Shown here piece after piece: positions 9,117 to 18,835 of a DNA stretch of 64,000 nucleotides (its first letter is position 1; each line of letters begins with the position of its first letter). Under the pieces are notes generated by a model, which did no database searches, was not told where the DNA came from, and worked only from the letters and a program-made list of their open reading frames with translations. This DNA is from Thermoplasmata archaeon (GTDB taxonomy: Archaea; Thermoplasmatota; Penumbrarchaeia; JAEHCK01): the NCBI GenBank assembly GCA_020696345.1, contig JAEHCK010000003.1:10270-74269 (forward strand), in the 5' to 3' direction. Both the position numbers and the translations under genes were made by a program.

Positions 9117-12100
9117 TTATTCAATATACCTCAGCGCCTCTGCCGGTGGGATCTTGGAAGCTTTAAGACTGGGATAAAATGTGAATATCAAAGTAGCAAC
9201 ATACGCAATTATACAGATAGCCAGTAAATTCATCCATGGAATGACAAAACTGGCACCAAGCTCCCTGAAACCATCTAAATAAATCGTCCACCCGATACCG
9301 ATACCAAGAAGGATCCCGATAAGTATAGCCAAAATAGTAATGAATGATGTCTCGATGAGAAACGATTTAACGACCATGCTCTTTTTGAAACCGATCGCAC
9401 GCAGCATACCGATCTGCTGGCGGCGTTCGATCACGTTCCTATATGAAATGATGCCTATACCCGCAATCCCCACGAGCAGCCCGATGCCAAGAAACCCCTC
9501 CATCAGGTACATCATGTTATTTGTTAACTTTAGTATAGTATTGATGATACCCTTAATATCAAATGTTTGAACCCCGTGCTCGAGATAGGTTTTTTCGAAT
9601 TCCTTGGAATAGGCATCGGCATCGTCGCTGGACTTGAGTTTAATAACAACCATATTGTCAACGCCGCCATATTCGTTTTTAACCACTTCTTTTTTAACGA
9701 TGATGCCCTGGAAGAAGATCATCTGGTCCATTATTCCAATTACCGTCAGATTTCGTGTTCTTTTCTGGCCCATATAATCTGTGATCATTATATTAGCACC
9801 AACATACACTCCACCTTCCTCGGTGGGTGGCGGACCCATCATCATCATGTTTTCAATTCTTGAACCGTCCACTATACAAAATGAGCTTGAACTGTTTTTA
9901 AGTGCTTTCCAAGCCTCCTGATCTGTTTTGTATTTTTTGTCACGCTCTTTTAATGTGAAACCGTTGTTCTCAAGAAATGAATCGCTCATACCCAGTAAAT
10001 TGTATTGTTCTACATCGGTGAACGTACCTGAAGGTCCATAATCACTGATTTGACCTTTACGACTATCATAGTCGATAATTGTAACAAGAGCCGAAGAGAT
10101 CGTTTCCAGCCGGTCGGTTTTATTCATTAGGTCGGTTGGTAGACTTTCTTTGGTTAAATTCTGAAAAGGTGTTCTGGGATTAGTATAACCCATGACATCG
10201 TAACCACCGCTCTGTTCAATTAGCATGGCATCGCTTTGTGATGCCTGCATTGACGCGATCATAGCGATAACCGTAACTGTAAATATAATGAGTGCGAACA
10301 TACCCAGTGTCATGCCGGTCTTTAACTTGCTGTCCATTGGATATGATATGGCAGTTTTAAGCACAGCCCTTGTTGATTTACCCCTGCCAACCGTGCGTTG
10401 AAGTGCTTTTAATAACAGGTCTGAATTGAACATTACGATAAATATCCCGGCTAGAACGAGGAATATACCACTTAAGATGAACGATTCCGCACCGGAATAA
10501 TCCGCCTCTGACATTATCGGAATTTCAAAAGGTGGGATCATAAAAAATATAATTAAAATGCCTGCAGTGGTGATCGTGGCACGAAAGCTGACCCATTTTG
10601 ACAGAACCACGGCAGAACCAATGAAAAGGAAAGGCAGACCTATCATCCATCCGGCGCCTTCACTTGAGCTAAAACCCCAATAGCTGAAAAGTATACCAAA
10701 TACCACTAAAAGTGCACCAAAAAAGTGTTCACGCCTTTTTGTACCCGAGGTTCTTGGTTCCGGAATACGCCGGATCGCACGGATAATATTCAACTTGGTG
10801 ATCCTCGTACTGATAAAAAATATCGTAGCAAACGTTATGAGCAAACCTGCACAGAATGCAATAAAAACGCTTGTCCATGTAAAGTAAAATGGAATATCGA
10901 AGCCGCCGCCACCATCTTCCACCGCACCAAATATCATCTCAAAAGCTTGGATGATCCCCCAGCCGAAGACCAGGCCTAAAAGTGCGCCAACAATGGCGGC
11001 AACGAATGCATAAAGGCTGCCTTCGAACAAATACATCTGCACCAGATGCTTGCTCTTCATACCAACCGCTCTGGCCATGCCCATTTCACTCTTGCGTTCC
11101 TCGCCCATCATCACAAAGATGTTGATGATCAATACAATTCCGGCAATGATGGAGAACATACCGAAGATCAAGAACAAAGTTCCTATACCTTCACCGGCCT
11201 CACGACCAGCCTTCAACTGGTCGGCCTTGACATTGTGTACCTCGAGATTAAGATCAACAGCTCCGAAATCGTTGTTCATTTGCTCGATCACCGAAGTGCG
11301 TATTTGCTCTGCGGTAGCATTATTCAAACCAGTAACGAAGACAACGGACGTTATTTCATATTCGCCACTATGGAGCATGCTTTGACTTGTGGTGAAATCC
11401 ACATAACCCAATACGTCCATCTCGAACTCCTGTGGGACTGGTCCTTTAAAATCAAATGGTAAAACATAAACCTGGAGGTTTTTAACATTCAGTGTTCCAT
11501 CCATGCGTAAACTTCTTACTGTAACCATGGAATGGTTTGTGATACTCAAATTAGCCGCTACGAATGAGGATATGTAGATCATGTCAGGTTCTATCTCCAT
11601 TGCCCGAAAGGTCTCATCATCGGACTCACCACCCATGATCGCAAAACCATCTGTTGGTTTTTCATTTATAAATAGAGTTATGATAATCAAACCATAAGAT
11701 ATGCTGCCCCCTTTTTCTTTCGCCTTTTCGATCAAAGGTTCGGCATGTTCGAGCGTGAAATAGTTTTGATCTCTGGTAAGTATCAGACTACCGTTTTCAT
11801 TAATGAGCGAAAAACCAAGGTCACCCATACCAACGGCCTTATTCAGCTCGTCTTCGATCGTTTTGTTCACTTTACTTGTATATTTTTCACCCTCCCGATA
11901 ATCACCTTTGTTCGAGATCCAGATATGGTTGATCTCTCCCTCCCGATTGAACAGCTCTTGAAGTGTATCAAGCTCAAAAAATATTGTCTTACCCTGGTTA
12001 TAGTTAGCCTTTCCGTAGAGGTCCTTTTCATTGATGATCTTTACGATCGTGAAATTTCTTTTTGCGAGTTTGGTGCCAAACGGTGTAGACAGATCTTTTA

Positions 12101-12704
12101 CACCATACGCGAGTTGAATGGTATCTCCGAGCGAGGCTTCCAATTCATCCCCCAGCCTGGAGTTGATCGCCACCTCGCCAGCACCCAGTTCATTAGTGTA
12201 GTAGCCATGACCGTCCAGGTCGCCAAACACTGTATTACGCATGATATTCGAGTCAAGACCTAATATGTTCACTGACGGCTCACCCAGTTTGGTATCCAAG
12301 TCAAGAACCGCACCCAAATCGCTAATTAAAGGCACCACGGCTTCTATATCACGTACCGAAGTCAATTCTTTAGAAATAGAATCGTAGATAGATTCATTAT
12401 AATATATAACAGTACCAAACGCGTTCAAACCCCAGATATCCTCGTCAACTTCACCTAACGAATGGTATGTACTAACCTCGAAACCATACGTCATTGTGTC
12501 CTGGACAACAAGCGCACTGGAGATAATAGCGGTCCCGATCATCAATCCGCAAATTACTATCACACTTTGTGCTTTGCGACGTGCGAAGTTGCGGAACGCC
12601 ATTTTGAAAATTATTCTATTCATAACTGCCAGAACCGCAATTATCACAGTTATGATAATAACAAGGATTAATAAAATAAATAAGAAATCATCCATAATGG
12701 TCAC
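9117..12704 (-). CDS. ABC transporter permease, FtsX-like, large fused (1195 aa)
   Basis: 'MAFRNFARRK', 'EERKSEMGMARAVG', 'ERRQQIGMLRAIG', C-terminal 'KASKIPPAEALRY'. Confidence 0.92.
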   Translation of the reverse strand: MTIMDDFLFILLILVIIITVIIAVLAVMNRIIFKMAFRNFARRKAQSVIVICGLMIGTAIISSALVVQDTMTYGFEVSTYHSLGEVDEDIWGLNAFGTVIYYNESIYDSISKELTSVRDIEAVVPLISDLGAVLDLDTKLGEPSVNILGLDSNIMRNTVFGDLDGHGYYTNELGAGEVAINSRLGDELEASLGDTIQLAYGVKDLSTPFGTKLAKRNFTIVKIINEKDLYGKANYNQGKTIFFELDTLQELFNREGEINHIWISNKGDYREGEKYTSKVNKTIEDELNKAVGMGDLGFSLINENGSLILTRDQNYFTLEHAEPLIEKAKEKGGSISYGLIIITLFINEKPTDGFAIMGGESDDETFRAMEIEPDMIYISSFVAANLSITNHSMVTVRSLRMDGTLNVKNLQVYVLPFDFKGPVPQEFEMDVLGYVDFTTSQSMLHSGEYEITSVVFVTGLNNATAEQIRTSVIEQMNNDFGAVDLNLEVHNVKADQLKAGREAGEGIGTLFLIFGMFSIIAGIVLIINIFVMMGEERKSEMGMARAVGMKSKHLVQMYLFEGSLYAFVAAIVGALLGLVFGWGIIQAFEMIFGAVEDGGGGFDIPFYFTWTSVFIAFCAGLLITFATIFFISTRITKLNIIRAIRRIPEPRTSGTKRREHFFGALLVVFGILFSYWGFSSSEGAGWMIGLPFLFIGSAVVLSKWVSFRATITTAGILIIFFMIPPFEIPIMSEADYSGAESFILSGIFLVLAGIFIVMFNSDLLLKALQRTVGRGKSTRAVLKTAISYPMDSKLKTGMTLGMFALIIFTVTVIAMIASMQASQSDAMLIEQSGGYDVMGYTNPRTPFQNLTKESLPTDLMNKTDRLETISSALVTIIDYDSRKGQISDYGPSGTFTDVEQYNLLGMSDSFLENNGFTLKERDKKYKTDQEAWKALKNSSSSFCIVDGSRIENMMMMGPPPTEEGGVYVGANIMITDYMGQKRTRNLTVIGIMDQMIFFQGIIVKKEVVKNEYGGVDNMVVIKLKSSDDADAYSKEFEKTYLEHGVQTFDIKGIINTILKLTNNMMYLMEGFLGIGLLVGIAGIGIISYRNVIERRQQIGMLRAIGFKKSMVVKSFLIETSFITILAILIGILLGIGIGWTIYLDGFRELGASFVIPWMNLLAICIIAYVATLIFTFYPSLKASKIPPAEALRYIE

Positions 12705-12707
12705 AGC

Positions 12708-13394
12708 CTATTCGTTAATGTGCTCTTTATGAATAAGACCGCTGCGCATCTCCACCACACGCCCGCACACTTTTCCCACAGAAGGATCATGTGTGACTAT
12801 GACGAATGTCTGGTTATTCTCTTTATTCAATTTCATCAATAGTTTCATGATATCTTGAGAGTTTTTGGTGTCCAAGTTACCTGTGGGCTCATCGGCCCAG
12901 ACTATGATGGGTTGATTTACTAGACTTCTTGCAATGGTCACACGTTGTTGCTCGCCACCACTCAACTCGGCCGGTTTATGGTATTTCCATTCGGTCAGAC
13001 CCACCAGGCTAAGTGTCTTTTCTGCTTTTTCACGCGCTTCCTTGGACCGCATTCCGCTGACCAGCAGGGGAAGCTCAACATTTTCCACGGCGGTTAGTAC
13101 CGGCAATAAGTTAAAGCTCTGGAAGATGAAACCCATTTTCATGGCTCGATACTCGGTTCTCGCATTATCTGACATTGCATGTACATCATTACCTTCAAGC
13201 AGTACTTTTCCTTTGGTCAGGTCATCAAGACCGGACAAACAGTTCAGAAGTGTGGTCTTCCCGCACCCCGATGGACCCATGATCGCAACCATTTCTCCCT
13301 TTTTAACCTCAATATCGATGCCCTTGAGTGCTTTGACCTGGATCTTACCTGTATCGTATGTTTTGTATACATTTTTCGCTTTGATCATGCTCAT
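12708..13394 (-). CDS. ABC transporter ATP-binding protein (LolD/MacB family)
   Basis: [33 protein letters not shown]. Confidence 0.95.
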   Translation of the reverse strand: MSMIKAKNVYKTYDTGKIQVKALKGIDIEVKKGEMVAIMGPSGCGKTTLLNCLSGLDDLTKGKVLLEGNDVHAMSDNARTEYRAMKMGFIFQSFNLLPVLTAVENVELPLLVSGMRSKEAREKAEKTLSLVGLTEWKYHKPAELSGGEQQRVTIARSLVNQPIIVWADEPTGNLDTKNSQDIMKLLMKLNKENNQTFVIVTHDPSVGKVCGRVVEMRSGLIHKEHINE

Positions 13395-13514
13395 TGAACC
13401 ACCTGGTTTTTTTTAATTCCCTTTTGAAATAGATTTCTCATTATTAAATTGAACGATAAATATTGAATGAAATTAATGTTCATATATCTATTGAGATAAA
13501 GAATGTACTTATAA

Positions 13515-13842
13515 GTTAGGGATATGAGATGTGTACGCTTGGTGATTATCAACAAATTGTCAACGTCATTCATCACCGGGATTCGGGATTCGCACGCTAC
13601 AACGACTTTTTGATAATAACTGCTTGAGGGATTAGGGTTTTCACAATAATATGACAATCCGCCTCCCGCATTCCACATCTCAAATCCCTGACTCCTTATT
13701 AGGGATGCGAGATATGTACGCTACAAACTAAATACAATGTACATCGCTTGAGGGATGTGAGTCAATTCATTATTAATTTCCACATCCCACAAGTGGTTTA
13801 AATTATTAATGATTTATAACGTCCACATCCCAAATCCCTAAT
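13515..13842. repeat. Two tandem REP/MITE-like hairpin units with AGGGATnnGAGATnTG-type arms
   Basis: 13515-13534 pairs with 13673-13692; 13698-13720 pairs with 13820-13842; inner arms 13745-13760 and 13780-13795. Confidence 0.75.
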
Positions 13843-13941
13843 TATTTAATAATTAATTCAATTTCCATTACACTAATAATTTGAGAAAAGGCTTATAATT
13901 CAATACAAATGTTTATAACTATATTCGAGTTTTACTTGTTT

Positions 13942-14148
13942 ATGGGACAACAGGATGTATACAATTATCTTAAGGCTCATCCAAGTGATTGGTTCTCATC
14001 AAAAGAGATCAGTAAAGGAATGAACCAGTCGATCGGGTCGGTAACTGTTTGTTTAAAGAAACTAAGAAATAAAAACGAATTAAATTTTAAACCAACCGGA
14101 CTTCGGAAAGGTAAGAGAGCTCAATATTTGTATAAGTTCAAAATCTAA
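13942..14148 (+). CDS. Small winged helix-turn-helix DNA-binding protein (68 aa)
   Basis: MGQQDVYNYLK...WFSSKEISKGMNQSIGSVTVCLKKLR fits an HTH pattern. TTTATA at ~13912 lies ~25 bp upstream, suggesting a leaderless start at ATG 13942. Confidence 0.8.
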   Translation: MGQQDVYNYLKAHPSDWFSSKEISKGMNQSIGSVTVCLKKLRNKNELNFKPTGLRKGKRAQYLYKFKI

Positions 14149-14498
14149 TGATATTGATATAATATATCATCGAAAGTGAAACCTGATGTTTTAGTTTTTT
14201 TTTATCAGTGATAACAAAATACTTAACAAACAAAATACCTGCAAATGCATTTTTTATTAATACATTGATAAAACAAGATCCACCAGACCCCTCATACTTT
14301 TAGTGCAAGGTGTTCACAGTAATAAAACTTCAAGTTGGCTTTCAAATACTACACTATTTCAATACATCAACCAATTTAAATATCCGATAATTTAATAAAT
14401 TACAACAACTATGTTGCGAGCCCTTATTCCTAATTGGAATTGCTTTAGATAAATTATTACCGATCACCTCAAAAGCTATTGCAGGGGAGGGTTAGTTC

Positions 14499-15476
14499 AT
14501 GACAGAAGATGAAAAGCAAACATCTGAGAAAAAAGTTGAGGATAAAGATGAATCGAAGGAACGATCTACTGAACAAGAAACAAAAGAAGAGCCAGAAATA
14601 CTTACAAAAGATGATTTAATCAATATCCTCAAGAGCATTCCTGGTGTTGGCCAGGTCATGGCTGAGCATATCTATGATGCTGGATATGACACGCAAGACA
14701 AGTTTAGATCATTAACCATGGACGACTTGAAAAAAGTAAAAGGCATTGGTCAGGCAATGGCGGAAAAAATTGTTGCAGGCATGGAGAATGCCATTAAACA
14801 GAGCAAAGTGGTGACTGAAGAAGAAAAAGAAGGGGCCAAAGGTCCAGGAATCGCCGCTAAAACCATGGGACTCATCACGGAAACGGTTTCTAAGATCAGA
14901 GGTTTTTTCAAGGGTAAATCACCCAACGCAAAGCCTAAAAGTAAGGATAATAGTACTGATGAAACGGGTTCGGTTTCTGTTAAAACAGGTGAACCAGAAG
15001 ATGAAGGTGAAGGCGCCAAGAAAGATGTAGACAATAAAGATACGTATTTTCCTGAGGTTGGTAAAGATACAGAGATCGTTGAAGATCCGCCAAAACATGA
15101 ACCTGTCACGGTTGAGCCGTCAGATACGGAACCTGGATATTCACCATTACATGCTCAGGATCTGCCCGAAGAAACCTCACCCGAGATCATACCAGAGTCT
15201 GAGCCAGAGCCAAAATATGAACAGGAACCAGAACAAAAAGCATCTGCACCAGAACCTGTACTTGAACCGGAAATTAATTTAATAGATCCTTCCGGATTAT
15301 TGAAGTGGTTCGAAATCTCGCAAAATCTAAATTCGCATACTGGCAAATTAATATTCAAGGCGGGATATAACAACCTTGAAGAACTGCAAGAAGCTGTGGT
15401 GGAAGACCTAATTCTTGTACAAGATATTACACGGCAAGAGGCAGAAAAGATCTGTGAAGAACTGAAAAAGTTATAA
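14499..15476 (+). CDS. Helix-hairpin-helix domain protein with acidic Pro/Glu-rich linker
   Basis: SIPGVGQVMAEHIYDAGY and KVKGIGQAMAEKI HhH motifs, second degenerate HhH at the C-terminus; GGGGAGG SD. Confidence 0.8.
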   Translation: MTEDEKQTSEKKVEDKDESKERSTEQETKEEPEILTKDDLINILKSIPGVGQVMAEHIYDAGYDTQDKFRSLTMDDLKKVKGIGQAMAEKIVAGMENAIKQSKVVTEEEKEGAKGPGIAAKTMGLITETVSKIRGFFKGKSPNAKPKSKDNSTDETGSVSVKTGEPEDEGEGAKKDVDNKDTYFPEVGKDTEIVEDPPKHEPVTVEPSDTEPGYSPLHAQDLPEETSPEIIPESEPEPKYEQEPEQKASAPEPVLEPEINLIDPSGLLKWFEISQNLNSHTGKLIFKAGYNNLEELQEAVVEDLILVQDITRQEAEKICEELKKL

Positions 15477-15941
15477 AAAACTTTTAAGATCTTCCAATTT
15501 TTTTTTGATTTTATCATAATGTGTTCCACGCCAATAATAACGATCACACCCGCTACAGAACCAAAATCGGTCCTGTCTCTCCTGCACACCTTTTGGAACC
15601 TTATCTTCTAGTTCTGATCTATCGATAGTTTCCAATAGGTTATTACATTCTGGGCACCGGGTGAACTCCAGGTTCAATCGGTTGGCCATTAGATCGAATT
15701 CGGCGATCACCTGGCTTAGCTGGTCATCCAACTTTTCGCTTTTTATGTACAATCCGTTGAAATCCTTGAATTTTGTGAGTTCTTTATCGCGAGTTAAAAG
15801 AAGGCGCCCATCAGAATTGGCCAGCTTGAGCAATTCACTATCATTCATGGTCTTTGGATATAGAACATCATACCCCATGAACCGCAACCATTTTACCAGT
15901 TTACCAACCATATTATCTGCAATAAAGCGCACGGGTACCAC
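15471..15941 (-). CDS. Mut7-C RNase domain (PIN-like plus Zn ribbon) protein
   Basis: RFIADNMVGKLVKWLRFMGYD, LLTRD, RCPECN, CSGC..YYWRGTHY. Confidence 0.92.
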   Translation of the reverse strand: MVPVRFIADNMVGKLVKWLRFMGYDVLYPKTMNDSELLKLANSDGRLLLTRDKELTKFKDFNGLYIKSEKLDDQLSQVIAEFDLMANRLNLEFTRCPECNNLLETIDRSELEDKVPKGVQERQDRFWFCSGCDRYYWRGTHYDKIKKKLEDLKSFL

Positions 15942-16011
15942 GATTAAAGATTAGAATATTATAATTTTAAACCAGTTTTAATTAATTAATAGTTGAATAA
16001 TTAAGTAAATC

Positions 16012-16701
16012 TCATTTATTTGCCAAATATTTTAGTACCAGTCCATCACCTAATCTTTCATATTCGTATAAAGTTAGTTCCATAACATCATTAATGGTTT
16101 TTGCGCCTTCACCTGACGCTAATGTTGGTGTATTCATGCCACCTACGATCTTATTACTGATATACACAAACAACTCGTCAACCAAATGATCTTTGAGAAA
16201 ATTATAGATGACCGTGCTACCACCTTCTACCAGAAGATTTTCAATACCTTTCTCCTTAAAAATTGTAAGGAGTCCGGAAAGTTCGATATTGCCAGAGGTA
16301 TCGATAGAATGGTGAATTACTTCTACATTCGTAAATTTCGATGTTTGCTCTTTATATCTCTCTCCCATGACAATTATGGTTGGTGCTTTCCCATCCAAGA
16401 CCTGTGCGTACTTGGGTGTGCGGCCGCGAGTATCTAATATTATTCGAATAGGATTGTGTGGCTTGATCACGAACTCGGATTTAACTGTTAATTTTGGGTC
16501 ATCCATTAAAACCGCACCAATACCGACCAGAACGGCGTCGCAGTAGTTTCGAAGTTGATGAACACGTTTGAAATCTTCTAATGAAGATAATTTAATTGGT
16601 TTTTTTGAGGGTAGAGCAATTTTACCGTCAATCGACATGGCACAATTTATTATCACATATGGTCTTGAGCTTTGCTTATGCATTTTTGAACTACGGGTCA
16701 T
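16012..16701 (-). CDS. 2,5-diamino-6-(ribosylamino)-4(3H)-pyrimidinone 5'-phosphate reductase (RibD C-terminal, archaeal Rib7/ArfC type)
   Basis: RPYVIINCAMSIDGKIA, DAVLVGIGAVLMDDPKLTV, LLVEGG. Confidence 0.9.
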   Translation of the reverse strand: MTRSSKMHKQSSRPYVIINCAMSIDGKIALPSKKPIKLSSLEDFKRVHQLRNYCDAVLVGIGAVLMDDPKLTVKSEFVIKPHNPIRIILDTRGRTPKYAQVLDGKAPTIIVMGERYKEQTSKFTNVEVIHHSIDTSGNIELSGLLTIFKEKGIENLLVEGGSTVIYNFLKDHLVDELFVYISNKIVGGMNTPTLASGEGAKTINDVMELTLYEYERLGDGLVLKYLANK

Positions 16702-16835
16702 GCTAGGGAATCGTTATCGTTAATGATAAGATTTAGGGTAAATTCTATTTTTAACAAAAATATTTGGGAATAGACATTGGAGTTAAATACCAAAACAATA
16801 TTAAGGGAAAATTAGGTATTAAAGTTGTGATTTCA

Positions 16836-17627
16836 ATGGAAGAGATCAAGATCTATGAGCTAAAGAGATTAGATTTACGGGATTCGGCGGTGATTGATGG
16901 TTTCCCCAGTGTTGGTCTGGTAAGCACCATTACTGCAAATTACTTGATCGGAATATTACAATTGGAGCAGATCGGAATACTGGATTCGATTCATTTCCCA
17001 ACAGTATCGGTTGTACGTAATTCAGAACCATTGAACCCGGTTCGGATCTACGCAAAACCAAGCGTGAAAAAAAGTGAAAAACAGGTAGTGGTATTTATCT
17101 CGGAATTCCAACCACCACCAAATTTAATTAAATTGATCGCCGGAACCATTCTTGACTGGATGATGGAGCAGGGATGTAGATTATTGATATCGCCTGAAGG
17201 CTTAGTGATCGATCGCGGCGAAACTGAAAAAGAAGATGAACCCGAAGACTCGAAAGAAAATGAAGGGGCGCTGGAGTCATATGGAATAGGTAGTACGGAA
17301 AATGCACGAAAGATCCTAAAAGAATATAAAATTCAACAATTCCAGGAAGGCGTCATTTCCGGTGTGGCCGGCGTGTTATTAAATGAGGGTAAACGCCGTG
17401 AATTCGATGTGATAAGTCTACTGGCGGAAGCGCGACCAAATTACCCGGATGCACGCGCAGCTGCAAAAGTTATTGAAGCTATAGATAAGATCCTGTTACA
17501 TATAGACATCGATGTGAAACCATTATACCAAGAGGCCGAGGGTATCGAGGCACGTATTATGAGTATGCAGCAGAAGGCAAAGACGCCATCAAAAAAGAAA
17601 GCACCAATTCCACAAATGTATGGTTAA
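16836..17627 (+). CDS. Proteasome assembly chaperone, PAC2 family, with C-terminal HbYX (MYG)
   Basis: IDGFPSVGLVSTI, PVRIY, GVISGVAGVLL, PDARAAA, ends QMYG; start placed at ATG 16836. Confidence 0.92.
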   Translation: MEEIKIYELKRLDLRDSAVIDGFPSVGLVSTITANYLIGILQLEQIGILDSIHFPTVSVVRNSEPLNPVRIYAKPSVKKSEKQVVVFISEFQPPPNLIKLIAGTILDWMMEQGCRLLISPEGLVIDRGETEKEDEPEDSKENEGALESYGIGSTENARKILKEYKIQQFQEGVISGVAGVLLNEGKRREFDVISLLAEARPNYPDARAAAKVIEAIDKILLHIDIDVKPLYQEAEGIEARIMSMQQKAKTPSKKKAPIPQMYG

Positions 17628-17635
17628 GTTCCACT

Positions 17636-17645
17636 GTTTTTTTTT
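17636..17645 (+). terminator. Oligo-T archaeal terminator after the PAC2 gene
   Basis: T-run beginning about 10 nt after the stop codon. Confidence 0.5.
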
Positions 17646-17646
17646 G

Positions 17647-17995
17647 TTCGGATGTAATTTTGATATTTTTATGATGAGTTGTTGTCTAGATGGATTGATG
17701 CTGAGTTGTAGTCGAGATGAATTCATAATGAATCGCGATCAAGCTGAATTTATGTTGGATCGTAGTCGGGAGGAGTTGATGCTTAATCGTAATCGAGCAG
17801 GGTTGATAATGGGTTGTTGTCAGGCTAAATTTATGCTAAATTGTAATTTTCATCTTTACGATAATCCTACCCGATAACAATCCTACGATAATTCTACCAG
17901 ACTACAGTCAAGCAATAAATAATCACGATTACAGTCCAACAACAATACTACCCGACTACTATTTAGCAATAATTAGGCCTGATTACAATCGATAA
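17647..17995. repeat. Inverted array of about 13 degenerate 27-bp repeats (core TYGTARTCRRG)
   Basis: Exact 27-nt phase in 17647-17862 (8 units, first and last weak) and in 17861-17995 (5 units, reverse complement). Confidence 0.85.
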
Positions 17996-17996
17996 T

Positions 17997-18650
17997 TTAA
18001 TCTTCTTTATATTCAGCAACTTCAATAATGTCATCAAGTCTAATTGCTTCTATTTTGGCAGGTTGAAACTTATTCAAATATTTTGTTAATATCTGGCTTT
18101 GGAATTGTTTTATCATAGGTTGACGGTTAGACCACCTTTGATTTAATTTATTAATTGAGCCTATTGCAGTCATATTAAAATAAGTCTCTAACATATAATT
18201 GAAGAAAACATTTCTGGCCATATTTAGATCGAGCTTATCGAAATCACCATCATTCTCGAGATATTTTTTGCCCAGATGATATGCCATCTCCTCAATATCT
18301 ACTTCATATAAGAAAAAATCTTTCTCGTTTTGTTCCACATCTCCAAATATCTCCCAAAATGGCTTTTTTAGGTTCTTATCCAGCATTAGATTAACGAAAT
18401 CTTCGATTATTGGTAAAGTATTGGCAGATAACGGCCTACTGGTTAGCATCACATCATTCAGCCCTGATATTTTGGAAGAATTTCGCAGGTCGATCTTATA
18501 CAATAGGATCAAACCGAGCCTTTTGAAAATTGCCTCCTGGAGTGGTTTGTAGAACATTTTGGATAATGTATTATTAGTAATATTCGATATATAATCCATT
18601 GCGATCTTTTCATTTTCGGGAATTTTAATAGCAAACAGTTTTGTATCCAT
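17997..18650 (-). CDS. Hypothetical protein, possible N-terminal ribbon-helix-helix domain
   Basis: 217-aa ORF with GAGGTGA SD; N-terminus TKLFAIKIPENEKIAMDYIS-NITNN-TLSKMFYKPLQEAI fits a strand-helix-helix pattern. Confidence 0.7.
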   Translation of the reverse strand: MDTKLFAIKIPENEKIAMDYISNITNNTLSKMFYKPLQEAIFKRLGLILLYKIDLRNSSKISGLNDVMLTSRPLSANTLPIIEDFVNLMLDKNLKKPFWEIFGDVEQNEKDFFLYEVDIEEMAYHLGKKYLENDGDFDKLDLNMARNVFFNYMLETYFNMTAIGSINKLNQRWSNRQPMIKQFQSQILTKYLNKFQPAKIEAIRLDDIIEVAEYKED

Positions 18651-18835
18651 ATAAGTTTCACCTCGTGTATTTTTACCCAGGCACGCCGGTAAGAGGGATG
18701 TAAAACAATTATCTTACTATTATTTAAATCTTTTTGTACTTTTTGTTAACTACCATTTTATTAACGTTAAACTCCAACTCCATAAACTTAATAAAGAAGT
18801 TCAAACATGAAGAATAAAGACTTGGAGGTTTTTGA

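Noticed and set aside
13391..13678. 95-aa minus-strand ORF
   Set aside because: Spans the hairpin repeat and promoter region; no recognisable motif or SD.
17620..17877. 85-aa ORF with 9-aa periodicity (MSCCLDGLM...)
   Set aside because: It is the translation of the repeat array, overlaps the PAC2 stop and oligo-T terminator, and the same repeat continues in inverted orientation, which argues for a non-coding element.
17647..17995. CRISPR array interpretation of the 27-bp repeats
   Set aside because: Units are contiguous with no unique spacers, are degenerate, switch orientation midway, and no cas genes are in the window.
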